DNA of 64,000 nt from Marsupella aquatica (Eukaryota > Plantae > Marchantiophyta). The notes below the pieces were generated by a model that saw nothing but the letters and a program-made list of their open reading frames with translations, was not told where the DNA came from and searched no databases. Each line of letters starts with the position of its first letter. The stretch's first letter is position 1. The position numbers were made by a program, and so were the translations under genes. Below, piece by piece: positions 36,650 through 50,900 of this stretch. Location: positions 19,719,224-19,783,223 of the forward strand of contig OZ316897.1 of NCBI GenBank assembly GCA_973895155.1, written 5' to 3'.

Positions 36650-37680
36650 TTATTTCGGAGCTGCCTGGATGGTTTCTTCTGTTGAGACCAACAGATATTC
36701 GAGAGCAGATGTTTTCAGTGATGGAAATCCTAGGCCGTGAATACCATATTGAGTCATCTTCTGCCGCACTCGTCGGCCTTCTCCTCCTTGCAATAGAAGA
36801 GTCCGGAGTTTCAGATTTGTCCAAAGGATCTTTGTGACAAACTTCTTATGCAGATCTTCTAGGTCTTTCAGTCTAGGGAGCTGCTGTTGCTCCTTAGGTG
36901 CCGGCTTCTTCTGCTCCTCGTCGTAGTGCCGTGCATCCCGCTGAAACCAATTCTCGGACAACTGGCAGCAATTATCCTGCCCGTCGTAGGAGGCTGTCAA
37001 GAAGTCGGAGGAGATCTCCTTCACAGACCACATTATTCTTTCAAAACATTTCTCGTCATCCCATGTCCTAGCTGGCTGCTCCGAATCAAATCCTGTGGCA
37101 CGGTCGTCGAGTGTTCTACCATCTACTGATCTGGAATTGCAAACATATCAATTACTCACTCAGTCGGTTTTGCAATGCACATCATGACATAATTGCAGGG
37201 CTAGAATATGGAACTTCTCAGTACTGCAAGCATGTCTGTATTGTGATGGCATGGCAAGTATCTAATAACGGATAGCCTTCACATTTGTTTGGATTTCAGT
37301 TCCGCTCTCTGACCTGTATTGCTTCTGCTAGGTTTTATAAGGTAGATTAACGTGTTGGAGGTGTGGGAAGATGCAACATTCAACAAAGAACGGGCGGAAA
37401 CAAAGGCTCGTCCTCTGAGTTTCATTCTTTCCGGCCTTTACCAGTTGTACCTCTGATGGACAGGAGCTAAGAATGAATTAGTCCAAGAGTCGACTGAATG
37501 AGCAGCAGGCGTTGACGATATCCACGGCAAAATGGCAGCTTCCTCTTCATTCGATAGACACGAACCCACAGAGTTGGAGTGAATCCCCACCATACTCTTG
37601 CGCCGCTCCATTTTCACGGTGACCTCTTCACGCAGCGGAATTGAGCTCCAATTACCTGTGACCGCCCCAGATCGAACCAT
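36650..37680 (-). CDS. Putative two-exon gene of unknown function (exons 37680-37451, 37130-36650; ~236 aa)
   Basis: A phase-2 GT-AG intron (AG|GTACAA...TTCCAG|) joins two ORFs into one open frame. No recognisable domain. Confidence 0.4.
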
Positions 37681-40338
37681 ATGTGATTATATACCAGAGA
37701 AACTAAGCGCAAGGTATCGTAGAAATTAATTACGTAACGTCTTAGCTCGTGATTCGATGACAACCACTACAGAAGTTACCTGAGTTTGCGATCTATATGC
37801 AGTGGAGACCGACTTGACCTGAAGCAGATATTGCTAGCGCTCCGATCCCGACTCCGATTCAGAACCTTACCAATGTCAGGTTAATTTGCGAGGTCCCAAT
37901 CCAAAGACAGTTTGCGGAAATCTATGATCGATCGTCGCAGTAGTCTTGCGAAATGCTTCAGTTGAATCTCGTGGCTCGGTTGTAAAATTGTTCTACAAGC
38001 ACATTGGCCGATGAATCTTTGTATCCATGCTGCTATACGTCTTTAATTCAAAGCTACCATAGCAAGGCGCGCGAGTCGCAAAGTCAAAGCCCATGGAAGT
38101 CGATTGAGTACAGCTCAAGTTATCAACTTACAGCTAATTAGTTATAATGCCTCGATCTTTCTAAATTCCTCTTCTACTAAAAAACTACGACCTGCATCTA
38201 AGTACTAGTGTGATTGCACGCAACCAGCTTGGAAATGCATCCAAAGAAGAGCAAAGTTCCGGATCAAGGATCACTTGGGCTGACACTTGATGAGGTCTCA
38301 TAAAGATCGGACGGCTAACACTGCTGAACAGAAAGACTGACTTTCGTAAGCTAAGGAGCTAGAATAATGATGGCTGCATGCGGCCCTAGTGCAGCGTCTG
38401 AATACTGAAAGCGCGCTCTACTGGCTGTGATATCTATAAAATTTGCGGAGATTGAATTGGTCTCCCGAAGTTATCCAGTGATAGATCTAGAATATCTGCA
38501 AAGCTGGAGGAGAGCATAGTACATGGCATCTTGTAATGACGGTTCAAGCGGTTGATGTAGCATCTATACAAATTTGCACGCGAAGTTCTCAAGCGTAGGA
38601 TTTGAAATGTTGTATACGACAGTTCTTCTAGACTTCTCTTAGTCTACTGCCAGTAAGTTTTCAACCAGCACCATCTCTTCACAACTCCGGTAAACGAGTT
38701 ACAACCGAATCTTTCAAAATGGCCACAACAGCTTCTAGAGAATTTGCTTTACCCTCGGAGATAAAGAATTTCTGCATCACACTGACCGCGAAATGGAATA
38801 AAAACGGTACAGCGATTGGGCACGAGCTCAATTTTAGACATTGCACTTAAACATTACAGAGCATTTTCTAGTGTCGTTGCGCGCAGTTGACAGAACGTCG
38901 TCATTTGTAACATTGAGCAGGTACCAACGACTTTCTCGTCCCCACGCGCGATTTGAAATGTTGTGTGCCGGTGCGCTGCTCTAGGCGTTGGCCTGTCCAC
39001 TGAAGTTTTTTATCCATGGGTATTCAAACCTCAACGTTAGCAAATCTCCGAAGCTTCTGCAGTGACAGTTGGACATGAATTTCAACGCGCAAGGGAGGAT
39101 ACGCTGATTCGTCTTAGGAATTGAATCGACAACCGCATCCTCCTGTTCCCAACCCAATATTCTACAAACATGCCCCACATCTGGTTTCCCACGATTCGTA
39201 GTTTTAGAGTACCGTACTGCAGAGCATTCCTCGACCCCATTCCTTCCCCACCTAATCGCATCGCAACCATTAAAACTGCTCAGATGAAAAAGATTGCCTG
39301 TAAAAAACTGAAACCCAATTCGGTTGGGCATTGCCTGAGGCTCTAGTCTGGTACTTTTTGTTTCTCTATCAGTTAATTTAAGTTAAGCGTGAGGGATAAT
39401 GGATGGACATGAAGCCCAAAAACAAATACCATCACAGGGCTAAGGTCCACCAGCACGCTTTTACCGAGTGGTCCCACGTTCTGTAGTCTTGTGCCGTCCT
39501 CCACGACTTACTCAACCTCATTATTTTCCTCCTGATCACATCTCTCAACCAATAAAATTGCTCAAATGAAAATGTTTGCCTCACGAAACCTTAATTCCAA
39601 GTGGTTGGGGCTACCTTGGCCTCTACTTCGGTAGTTTTTAACTCTTTGAAGGGTTAGGTAAGGGATGACGGATGGGCCCGAAGCCCAAAACCTGTTCATC
39701 CATAAGCTTTTTCTACTATGGCCAATAAGGAAACGTTTCCGATGGGGAAAATAACATGCTTGGATCGATATATCTGCCTCAGGTTAGATAGAGTGGAAAC
39801 TTAGTTAGTAACCACTGGGGCCCGGCTCTGGACATTGGGCCTCTACCTCTTAGGATCTTCTTAGAGGGCTGTCCACAGAGGCACGGACCTGTATCGCATT
39901 TTCATCAAAATATGGATCATTCTTTCAACCTTCGCTCGGCAAACGAGGTTCACCAAACGGATTCCCGACGAAGACCAGCAGACGAACGGCATGGGCAGTC
40001 AGATCACGAAGGACAGAGAATTCAAAGCAGCCTGCTAAGTCAAGTGAAGGATGTGAATGTGATGGTTTGGCATGATTATCAAAGAACACGGCTGTACAAT
40101 GAGCGTACTCGGCTACCGAGGTGCATAACGAAAACCATGGTGGAATTAGAGACATTTTTAAAGCTTGTCTGGGCCTGTGTGACAATCATGATCTCTCCTT
40201 TCGAAGTCAGATGTGCCAACCTGACCTGAAGGGAATTAGTACGTTGATCTGCTGCTCAAGAACATGATCTTTCTTGCACAAGAAGGGCCAAGGGACCGGG
40301 GTCTTGTGTCCATAGCATACGAGTCCAGAATCAATGCC

Positions 40339-41993
40339 TCAAGCAACAGAACTCATGAGTACAAGTATCTTCTTTTGAACCTGTTCTGCACTGAGCCGAG
40401 GAGACAGTCTGGGGAGTGGCTCCTGTCCATCACAAGATGTTCGTTAGTATTTCCATGAAACGTGATCAAACCTCAACATTTGACATATGAGATGGGTCCC
40501 ATATCACCGCTACCTTGATTCACTGAATTGGTCCCGTTACTGACAGACTTTCTGTAAACTTCGGAGAGGTGCAGGAAACAATAATTGTACCTCAATGCCA
40601 TCGCCCTTGACTCTGGCCAGAACTGGAATCTCATACTGATATAAATTCCACCACTCGGAATTGGTCGTGATATCCCTAACCTGTTGAAAGTAGCAAGGAC
40701 AAGTTACAAAAAAGAATAGATGGAAGTTGAAAAAACCGAGCTCTGTCTTTTGATCAACAGGCTGTTTCTGCCGAAACGACATGGTTATATACCCTAACCT
40801 TGACAGTGACCAGAAGCCATGAAGACACGGGAAACAGTAGCTCCAGTAAGTTTTAGATCGGTGAGTCGAACAACCACGAGAGGGATTAGACTCGTCTCGC
40901 AACACTGTACAATTTAAAATGTAGCAGGAAGTGGCGAACCCTCAGAATCGAAGAAACGCAATACATCCAAACAAGATTTTAGCATTCATGGGAAAGAATG
41001 TAACAAATTCATTTCGCCAAACAGAAGAAAGGAGACATTATCAAGACGAGGCGCCACCGGAGTTTATTTGAAAGGAAAAACGAGGGTTTAACAGACCTGG
41101 GATAATGAATTTTCACTGCGCAAGACAAAAGTAGACATGCCAGCCGGGACATTTGTAGCGAGAATCTAAGTCCTATCCAAGTTCATGAAGCCCATACAGA
41201 ATGAGGCACAATACCTCACTTGTAGACCCTAAAAATTCACAAATTCTTCCAAGTGAAGTTGCAGTCTCCAGTGATTACCAACCAAAAACTCAGCTTCAAA
41301 AAGAGCAGGGGATACCGCGGATATGTATCAACGTTCAAAAGGTTTCGAGATTGACAACGATGACCAAATTAAATTGTTTTGCAAAGATACTCTAGCTGCA
41401 CTGCGGAGACCGTAGGACAGAACTAGTGTCGTAAATTATGTTGAATTTGGAGAATCTTGCAAATGCAACGAATGAATTGGAGTAGCTACAATATTGACGG
41501 GGTCCGGAGAGGCATGAGACAGAACGGACAAAGCAGGCTGATGACCACAGAGGGTAAGAGAAAAAGGGCGAGAGAGATACAGAGTGAGACTCACCTCTAA
41601 TTGAATCTTAGAGAATATCTCGCTGCCCTGTAACTTCTCCTTCAGACCATCACACAAACAGCACCCAGGCTTGCTGTACAGAATCAACAGCCCGGATTCC
41701 GGATTTGCACCTAACGATTCTCCTCCTGCTGCCACTTCTTGCCCGTGGACACTACTCTTCGCTCGTACTGACCGGAAATCCGCTCCAAACTGCTGCGGTC
41801 TACCATGAACACCACGAAAGAAGGCTTTAGGCGAAGAAACAAGTGTTCGATTGTCACAGCTCAGACACCTCACGAGACTGTCCGTGCCACGCACGGTTCT
41901 GAATCCCGTTGTCGAAGCGATTGCAGTTCTAGCTGTTCCCGACCACAGCAGTGGCGTGCAGGAGAACGGTGCAATAATGGACCGCAACGCCAT
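40339..41993 (-). CDS. Glutaredoxin-like (DUF836/thioredoxin-fold) protein with transit peptide; exons 41993-41595, 40680-40591, 40422-40339 (190 aa)
   Basis: LILYSKPGCCLCDGLKEKL|VRDITTNSEWWNLYQYEIPVL|EPLPRLSPRLS. All introns are phase-0 GT-AG. Confidence 0.9.
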
Positions 41994-42960
41994 CGTTCGA
42001 CGAGTCCACCACACAGGAACTACTTCCTCGACATAGCCAGTCTGATTGCCGCAGCCAAGGTGGAGAATTGAAAACCTAGTCCAGAATACGATGGAATCGT
42101 TTATGGTGAATTTCCTTTCTCTTCATGAAATCTTATCGTGCAATGTAGCTGAATTGCTCTGTCCTGGCCAGCCGAGGTGATTAAACCACAACTGCCCCTA
42201 TAAAGCACTACCACAGGTTCAGAAATGGTTTTGAGCTCTACAAAAGGTGGTGAGAAATGGGTTTTGAGCTGTACAAAAGGTGGTGAGAAAGGTGATGAGT
42301 GTTAAGACTATATTTGGCAAGTGCTCCACAAAAGGTAGTGAGTGTAAAACCTTGGTTTGGCAAGTGCTCCACAAAAGGTGCTGAGTGTAAAACATTTAAC
42401 ATTTATTTGGCAAGTGTTGCACAGAAGGTGTTGAGTCTTTTTGTGGTGAGTAGCTAGACATGGAATAGGGCTTTTACACTGGCAGGTGTGGTTTAACACT
42501 GCACCAGAGGTCGGCCTGGTTTGAACCCACGATGGGGTTTGAACCTGCAACAGTTCTGTACTGGAGGACCTGGTTTTGGGCCCAACCTAGGGCATTGCTT
42601 TTTTACACGGCTCATGATTCAATTTTCACGAGGTTCTAAATTGCTCATGTTGTTCCTTGATTGTGATGAGGACTCCTTGCCTTGTTCGACCTCTTGAATG
42701 GGTCTTCTTGGGGCCCTTCCCTCTTCTGTTTCCTTCCCTTTATTGGATTGCTTTGCCTTTGGGACCTGTCTCCCGGTTTGGCTCTTTTGCCCTCTAGCAC
42801 TTTGCTATATATACAACTTAACAAAACTTCCAACCAAATGTTCAATTGGCAGAAGTGGTGCTCATGTGGACAGAGCTTGTGAACCATGTGAACCCCATTG
42901 ACCAAACACCTTTAACACCTTCAATCAATGATACCTTCTCATTTCCAAAAGTTTTGGATA

Positions 42961-43349
42961 GCTCTGATACCAATTATTGAACATAGACGACAATCACAAC
43001 GCCAACGACTTGATGATGAGGTCTAGAGTAATGACTGTACCGTAGTTAGGGCTAACCTTAGTCACAGACTAGGTTAGGTTAGTCATGCTGTGCACACTCT
43101 ATACCCAAGCGGTGTTTGCTTGGAGAGTAGGAACTCAGGCTCATTGTTACGAAGCCAATTGAGAGATAGGGAGAGTTTGTGATGTGGATGATTGGTATGG
43201 CCGGTCGGCCTAGAGTGCAGTAAAGTTCTTGTGTGTTCCCGTAGACGTAGCTTCATGTGTGGAGGTGAACCACATATCTCTCGATGTCAATACTTGTGCA
43301 TTGGATAGTTCATGGGCTTGCCATTACGATTGTTGTCTATGTTCAACAC
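42961..43349. mobile_element. Rearranged Copia-type LTR remnant with tRNA-iMet PBS
   Basis: GCTCTGATACCA (42961-42972) is a minus-strand PBS, TGGTATCAGAGC. 43130-43349 matches the 3' half of the solo LTR at 51370-51715. Confidence 0.75.
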
Positions 43350-43899
43350 TATGCATCAAATGTTTTTCCAAGAACACCTAAGTATGTTGGGTAACACCTT
43401 TCACAGTTTTGACTTCAATGTGACTTGTAAATGGGGTCCCAACCATTTGCACATGTTTCAATCAGTTTGCCCAATGGTAAGTTGTTGCTCATGTCTAACT
43501 CTTGAGGGCATCCTTCACAAAAGCAACACATAATTTTCAAAAGTGATAATTGGCCGCTTGTGTCTAAACTACTGAGGGTGCCTTTCACAAAACTGAAACG
43601 TCTATTGATAGTTGGTTTATAATACTTGGTCATTTTTGAGCTTATCAGAAATGGAGCAAATAATCTCTCAAAATTTGTCACAAACCAGATAGGATAACTA
43701 AATAAATGCAAAAGTATGCAAAAACCTTGCATGGAAGTAACTACGCAGGGCATTCTCCAAAAATGAGTCAATCAGTTTTTCTTTCAGTGTAAACTGGCTA
43801 GGTGCTTTTACACAATTCATGGATGGGGTTACCTAAACCCTAAACCCCTTAGTCTATTGGGGCTTCATATTCCACTTGGTAGTGGCAGAATAAACAATA

Positions 43900-44305
43900 T
43901 GCTGAGCAAAGATGATATTTACAATAGCATGTTCATGAAGATCTAACAAACAATTATTCAACACAAAGAGATATGCAATTCATCTCAGCTAAGGTCACTT
44001 CCATAGGAACACACAAAAGTTTGATTGCACTTTAGGCCCATCACTCATATCTCTCCAATACAAATTCTCCTTATCTCTCAATTGGTTATGTAACAATAAA
44101 TTTATTTCTCAATTGCTAACAATGAGTTACTCCTCACAAGCAATAATCTGCCTATGCATATAGTGTTCATATAGTGTTCAACACATAACCTAACCAAGTC
44201 CAGACAAAATTAATCTTACTATGACAAGAGTCACAAATCCAGACCTAACAACAAATGTCTAACATAATCCTCCCCGCCTCTCCCCCTCCGCCCCCCCCCC
44301 CCCCC
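43900..44305 (-). mobile_element. Degenerate Copia-type LTR with adjacent polypurine tract
   Basis: On the minus strand, a G-rich tract (44265-44305) precedes TGTTAGACAT...GCTCAGCA (44264-43900). Diverged similarity to the 51370-51715 LTR. Confidence 0.55.
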
Positions 44306-44909
44306 ATACTCTAGTGTAGATGACATGACTTTAATTTTTCTTTTTTGTCTTGAACTGAAATGTGGAGGAAATGCAATTAGACTCTCCCCATCTCAATGTG
44401 ACAGTTTTTCTGTAGGGAACCCGGACCAGGGTGAGCCCCAACGGATCCGACAGGGACCCGCACCAGGAAGGAGAGAGTATTAAATCAGGGCCACAAAGTG
44501 GACAGCCAGGGGCCGAGCAAATAATCAGAACTCCAATCCACTACCCACAAAACCCATCCCACCCACACACATATCCCCAGTGTGTGGAGGGGGGATTGAA
44601 CCTGGGACCTCTCAGTTCCAGGCAAATCCCCCAGCCAATTGGTTTAATTTTTCTTTCTCATTCCACAAAGCTCGTGTGCACACAAGACTTAATTTGTCCT
44701 GTGCTCAAACTTGATCGCCCCTAGGGTACATGGAGCCTAAAACCTTTGGAAACTGAAATCTATAGAGCCGTACCCGTCCATTCTGTAAAACCCTGCTCTC
44801 CCTCCGTCTCATCCTCCAAAAACTGTAAAACCCACCGCATTGCTAGCACGACTTCTGCTCTTGGTCGTGATCTTCCCAACCACAGTACTTCAGGTACGTC
44901 TTACAAATC

Positions 44910-45063
44910 TGTGCGTGATCCCAAACCGGTTTGTGGGAACAGCAGCATTTGTGTAAGCACCTCTACTCTTTGCGATTCTGCCTTGTGCGTGATCCCAAAC
45001 CGGTTTGTGGGAACAGCAGCATTAATTTGTGTAAGCACCTCTACTCTTTGCGATTCTGCCTTG
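44910..45063. repeat. Tandem duplication of ~75 bp upstream of TRM11
   Basis: TGTGCGTGATCCCAAACCGGTTTGTGGGAACAGCAGCATT...GATTCTGCCTTG occurs twice. Confidence 0.92.
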
Positions 45064-45308
45064 CGCTCTTTGTGTGCCTTTGATTAGGCTCACACCGAAT
45101 TAGCACGCGGAGAACTTCTTGTAGGTTGTGGGAACTGAACTCGTTTCCCCTTTCTGGCGTGGTCGGAAATTCACAGGGGTCCAGAATCTCAAGCTACATT
45201 CTCTCCAGGAATATCTGCAACTGCAACAGAACAAGAGTCGGGATTCAAGGATTGATTGATTCAGAAACGTATAGTTGGGTGCGCAGCTCGTGGCAGGTTT
45301 TGGGGAAA

Positions 45309-47934
45309 ATGTGGTATCTATGCTACTTCCTTCACAGACTCTTGGATTACCGTCTCCCTGAAGTGGAGTCGCTCGCAAAAGTGTTTTCAGGAAACGAAGG
45401 TTTTGAAGTGAAATGGAAGCAGTCACCTGGTCACCATCCCGACTCGCCTTTCTACTGCGTTTGGCTGCCTTCTGACGACGTTGCCCGAAAGATTGCCTCC
45501 CGCAGTATGGTCTCCATCTCTGTTTCATAAGACTAATTCGGTTAAATGTTTTTATAATGCCTTGTGGGCCTCGTGGACAGTTCGATTTTTTCTTCTCGGC
45601 TGTCTCGGTTGGTTAGTGTGCTGGCTACTTTGATGAAGTGATCTTTATTTGAGTTGGCGCTCGCTTACTCTATTCCTTCTTTCCGTTAGGTGTTCTTGTG
45701 AAGGGCATTTTCGAAGTATGGGGCGAAGGAAATACTTACGAGGAATTGAGGACATCGATTGAAAGTTACCCTGAAGCAAAGATGGCTCCTTATCTTGCGG
45801 AAGACCAGAGTTTCAAGATTGTCGTCGATGCTTTTGGGAAAGTTTTTAACTTTGAAGAGCAGACCGAACGGATCAAGTCTCTAACATACATTCCTTGGAA
45901 GGTGTGCATTAAGCTCAAAGAACTTTTCATGTACGCTGTGCTAATTCAGTCAGAGTGCAAATATTTGTGTAATCCTTAACGAATGTCCAATGTCAAGGTT
46001 TGACTACTGTTGGTGTCGGATAGGCAACAGTTGAGATATTGACAATACAGGTCATTGCAGGGACATGTGGACTTGAAAAGTCCACAGCAGAAGTTCTGGA
46101 TAATAGAAACAGATGAACTTGCCTTGAACAACGGGCTACCACCAGTTTCCAAGAAATCCATCATATTCGGTCGCGAAATTGGGGTTGCTGACCGGAAGTC
46201 AGTTGTGAAATACGAGCTAAGTCGACGACAGTATCTTGGACCCACAGCAATGGATGCAGAAATTGCCCTTCTCATGGCCAACCAGGCCCTTGTTCAGCGC
46301 GGGAAGCTTGTGTATGATCCTTTCGTTGGTACCGGGAGTATACTTGTTGGCGCTGCGCACTATGGAGCAATGACGATGGTCAGTTTCCTTCACATCACTT
46401 GACAAATGAGAAGGCAAATGAAGCCTCTGAACGTAGCAGGGACGAATGCTAGTGCCGCAGGCATGTCTTTACTTACATGACTAGCAAACCTTTTATGCAA
46501 TCACATTTTATTGTTTTGGTCGCGTCTTGACAAGTAAATTAGGTAATGTAATCTAACCAGTAAAGCTGGGCTATCTGACAGAACTTTTCCTACTCAAGAT
46601 CTGGGAGAAGTGCTTTGGACCATTCTACTCCCCAACTTCGGCTTGCTTGCAACGATTTGTTTGAGTTTGTGTGGTAGTGAAGGCTGACAATCTAACTGAA
46701 AAGTGATGCTGTGGAGTTCAGGGTGCAGATATTGATATACGGGTGATTCGCGATGGGAAGGGACCTGACCGCAATGTTTGGAGTAACTTTAAACAGGTAT
46801 CTGATTACCTCATGCAACATTTGTTATACTTCTTTGTCCCTAATCACGGTTAGCAATCATGGAACTACTTTCGGTATTGTGAGTTTGAGGAATTGGGCAG
46901 GATCGTTCCCTGGAGTCCTCTATCAAGCGTCCCGACTATGAAAGGTGGAGAAATGGTTATGTCTTTTTATTGGCCTCTGTTTATTAGCTATTTAGGTCAC
47001 AATAGATAGCCCTTTCGGCATAATGTCCAGACGAATCCATAGAATGGATGGACTTTCTTCTCATGTACTACTTGGCATTGAAATGAATCACCTGGATGGT
47101 GTTTGGTGCCAGTACGACCTGCCTCAACCACTTGGTCTCATCCGTGCTGATAACAATCTGCGACCATGGCGCCCAGACTTACGTGAGGTACTGCATCACA
47201 TACTCTACATGGACTGTAGAGAAAATCGAAGATAGCCTGATTGGACTTGTAGTGCACAGATTCATCACAGATCCAATGATCAGGATTTGCGAGGGTGACT
47301 TTTGATCTTTTGAGTATAAGAGAAAGTTTACATCTTTTTTAAGTCGTACCGTTTACCTTGTAACTTGGGTTTTTATGGCAAGCAGGTGTTTGATGCAATC
47401 ATCTGTGATCCTCCATACGGCGTTCGAGCAGGTGGACGCAAGTCTGGTGGTCGAAGGATGCTGAATGGAACTAGGGACCCATACATTATTTCAGAAGCGA
47501 AGAGGCACGACCATATTCCTTCCACTGCTCCATATACTTTGGAGGAGTGCCTATATGATCTCCTGGACATGGCAGCTCAATTATTAGTGACTGGTGGGCG
47601 GCTAGTATTTTTCTACCCTGCTCCACGAGATGAGTGCACTGTCGAGCATCTTCCCAGTCATCCATGCTTCACCCTTATAGCCAACAGTGAGCAAATTCTA
47701 AGCACCAGATATAGTCGATGTCTTCTGACAATGGAAAAGACTGGTACATACACAGATGAAATTGCAGCCAAAGCAAAGGAAACCCATCATGAGTTCAAGA
47801 TCAATCATGCTCAGATTGTAGAAAAAGATAGGGAGAACCGTCTGCATACTGTAGTATTTACTTCCCTGGATACATCACTAGAAACCCTCCAGCTATCTGA
47901 GTCACGACCCAGATATAGAGGGAAGTATGTATAA
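45309..47934 (+). CDS. TRM11: tRNA (guanine(10)-N2)-methyltransferase; exons 45309-45504, 45690-45901, 46061-46378, 46722-46796, 47113-47187, 47386-47934
   Basis: MWYLCYFLHRLLDYRLPE, YLGPTAMDAE, VYDPFVGTGS, GADID and DAIICDPPYGVRAG motifs. GT-AG introns keep the frame. Confidence 0.93.
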
Positions 47935-50900
47935 ATGCTTTTGAATACTGAAGATGAATTATAGTTCTCTCCGGGGCAAAATCATGTCCTCAAATAGATA
48001 TTTCCTTTTGGTCAGAATTGCTCGTTTAAGCCTAGAAATTTGATATACAACTACAGAACACACGTCTACTTAGTATTACTTTCTGGGGCGTTTATGGATT
48101 GAAGGGCTACCCGCACACGTCTAGAGATATCTACTGTAGCCTTAATATGCAACTATCTTGGAACTCGATGGAAGGAGATCTGCAGACCCAAAACGTATCT
48201 TTTGTGCAACTATCCCCGGTTCCAATCTCTGAACCTTGCCTATACTCGCTTTGGTCGACATGTGCCCCTTCATGGATACCATTGCTGACAACTAGGTTGA
48301 ACTCCAAACCCGCCGTACATTGGTTGACACTGGCATGAATGTTTTTATAGTTTCTCCTTGAAATGGGTTCTGATGATGAACACTGGCAATGGACCTTTAC
48401 AAATATCTCAGCCCAAGTTGTCACAATCGGCAATTGTCAGCCACTGATTCTATTTTGTGAATCAAATTTTATGGTCGGATGTCTTTGCAAAGGTGAAGTT
48501 GAAGCTCGGATGGACTCCTTTGTGTTCCTTGTGTGCCAAAATGCTCCGATAGACTTGTGCAACCCCAATTGACTGCAGAGAAACCCTCTTTTGTCCTCAT
48601 TTAGTCCTTATTACACAGATGAGTAAAATGATTGTGCCAAGAAACAGAGACAATCATCTTTGGAAATTTGAAGGTCTGCCAATTTCGAGTGAATTTGATG
48701 ATATTAAGCTTATTAGAAAGATCTTTCCAAGCTATTTCTGACCAACCCAAACATAGCCAATTGGATTTGTTTGAATATAGAGGGGAATTTGGTACTCGTG
48801 AAACCTACAGATATTAGATTGGTTGGAATCCCTTACCATCAAGCCCAAGAAGAGCAGATTCTGTTGCATATCAAGGGAGATATTAAACCTATCCCTATAC
48901 TGAAGTTTCCTTTCATGAGCTGGTTGGTGCAACTTAGAACCAAAACTTTCAAAAACCTTTTGGAGGTGCACTGGCCTTAAATACTTGACGTCTTTGCATA
49001 CATGTTTGAACCATTTGACAAAATCTACACCATAGTTACTTATGTTAAACCACATATGCTAACCATGTAATCACCATTGAAAGACACTTGTTGAAACACA
49101 GATTCTCCAATCCTGGAATCTTCCCACCATTGAGAATTATGAGAGACTCTGTTTCAGCCGAATTATTTCCAAGTTTGGCAATCTCGAGCATGAGAAAACA
49201 CAATGTGCAGGGACAGGTGAGCTGATCAATTCGAGTCATCAGATCTGAGGGTCGTGTTGATGTGATTCGGTTTATTTTGGGATCGGTGCAGTGGTCGATG
49301 GCTTTTTTGTGGATCTTGGATGCGCGAGTCTCCCATCTTGCCCATTGCTACTTTCCCTTCTTGAGTAGCTTCGGATTCTCGTTCAACTGCATTGTTTTGC
49401 TGAATTGGATCGCAGCTGATCAGCTCCTAGCGAAGAGCCAGCTTATTAATGTATACTGGTTGGGACTTTGAATTTAAGAACTTCAACAGATCAAATTAGC
49501 ATAAACAATCATCGTGCTGCATTTCTTTGCTGGCATTCCTCTTGGATGGCCCGCAGTTATCTACTTTACTGGGATTGGGAGCTGGGTTGATTCTGGTTCC
49601 TTCATGCCTTGACTTGCAGTTCCTTTCTGGTTGTGCACATTCACAATGGCTCACCACACTGCAGAAGATTACAGCACCCCAAAGAAATTGCAGGTTCTTG
49701 AAAAACAATGGCCGTAGCCTCCGTCACAAGTACATATCCGGAAGGAACAAGACGCAGAACTTCGCAAAGTTTAAGGAATCTTGAATGTTGACACGCACCA
49801 TGTCTGCATTTTCGTCATAGAACAGGAGCTCTATCCAAATACTGAAATCACTACTGACCAAAGCTGCACAATTTGGCAAATTTGGTCTCCGAAAAGGTAC
49901 ATCGGTGAATAAGGTAATTCTCAAAGCACGAAACAAAAGGTTGGAAACTCGTTCGTAAACTGAATGGAATCTGAAACACACGGATGACAAAGGAATGAAT
50001 CCCCATGTTTTCCGTTTCCTGTTATGAAAAATTGAAACACCCAGATGAGAAAGAAATGTATCAAGGGACAAAAAGGACCAGACATGAGCCAGATAAGCTG
50101 TCTACCCAGGAAGGTTTTGGAGAAGAGTGTAATCAGACCACTGAAGAAAACTTTCCTGGATCGAAGCCAGTCAAACTGAGCTCAAATATTAGAAAAACAG
50201 TCAAAACTTTAACGGACCGATTTTGGTGCTTTGAAAATTTTGCGCAACTTTGATGCAACTTTGGTAGAATAATTTTTTTGAGTGCCTGATCTTTTGTCGT
50301 GTGCATCATTCGGACCCTAAGACGTATGAGTCATCTCTAGTTAAGGCAGTATATGGATAGGTTTATTGAAGGTCAAACTTTTGGTATTAAAAACATTTTG
50401 GAAATAAGAAGGGTGTCAATGAGTGAGGGTGTAAGAGATGTCGCGGTGGATGGGGCTTGCATGGTTCAGGGCTCAGTACATGGGGAGCAGCCTTGTCTTG
50501 CAAAGGTTCTTTGTCATGAAGATGCTAAATCTTGGAAAGCATGGATGATCTTTAGGAGAACCTTCTGGTGAAGCTTAGCAAGCAGAATACTTGCCACTCT
50601 CCACATGTTGGAGTGGGAGTTAGGGCCACCCCTGACCCCCACCATATCCCTGGTTGTTGAAAACTCTGAGTGAAGCCCCTGAACGAGAAGTTGTGCTGGG
50701 ATGACTTTGTCCATCATGGACTGGGGAGAACACAAAATTTGTTCTGACTGCCCGGAAGCAAGGAGGTGGGTGATCCAGATGTTGCTGGGAGGCCCAAGCT
50801 TACACCTAGGTTTAGAGAATATTGAAGTCGCCTTGGATTTGCACCTAGCCCACCCCATCTCCTCATGGTGCAATTAGGGCCATCTTGCATGTGAGAGTCC

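Noticed and set aside
42228-42430. Short repeats (TTTGAGCT.TACAAAAGGTGGTGAGAAA x2; TTTGGCAAGTGCTCCACAAAAGG x2-3)
   Set aside because: Likely TE subterminal debris with no definable element.
43832-43848. CTAAACCCTAAACCC here and AAACCCTAAACCCT at ~58722 as telomere or telomerase template
   Set aside because: Only two units each. These are ordinary interstitial telo-box motifs with no supporting TR structure.
48130-50900. Coding-like decayed minus-strand sequence between TRM11 and PRORP
   Set aside because: All frames are broken and no diagnostic motif was recognised.
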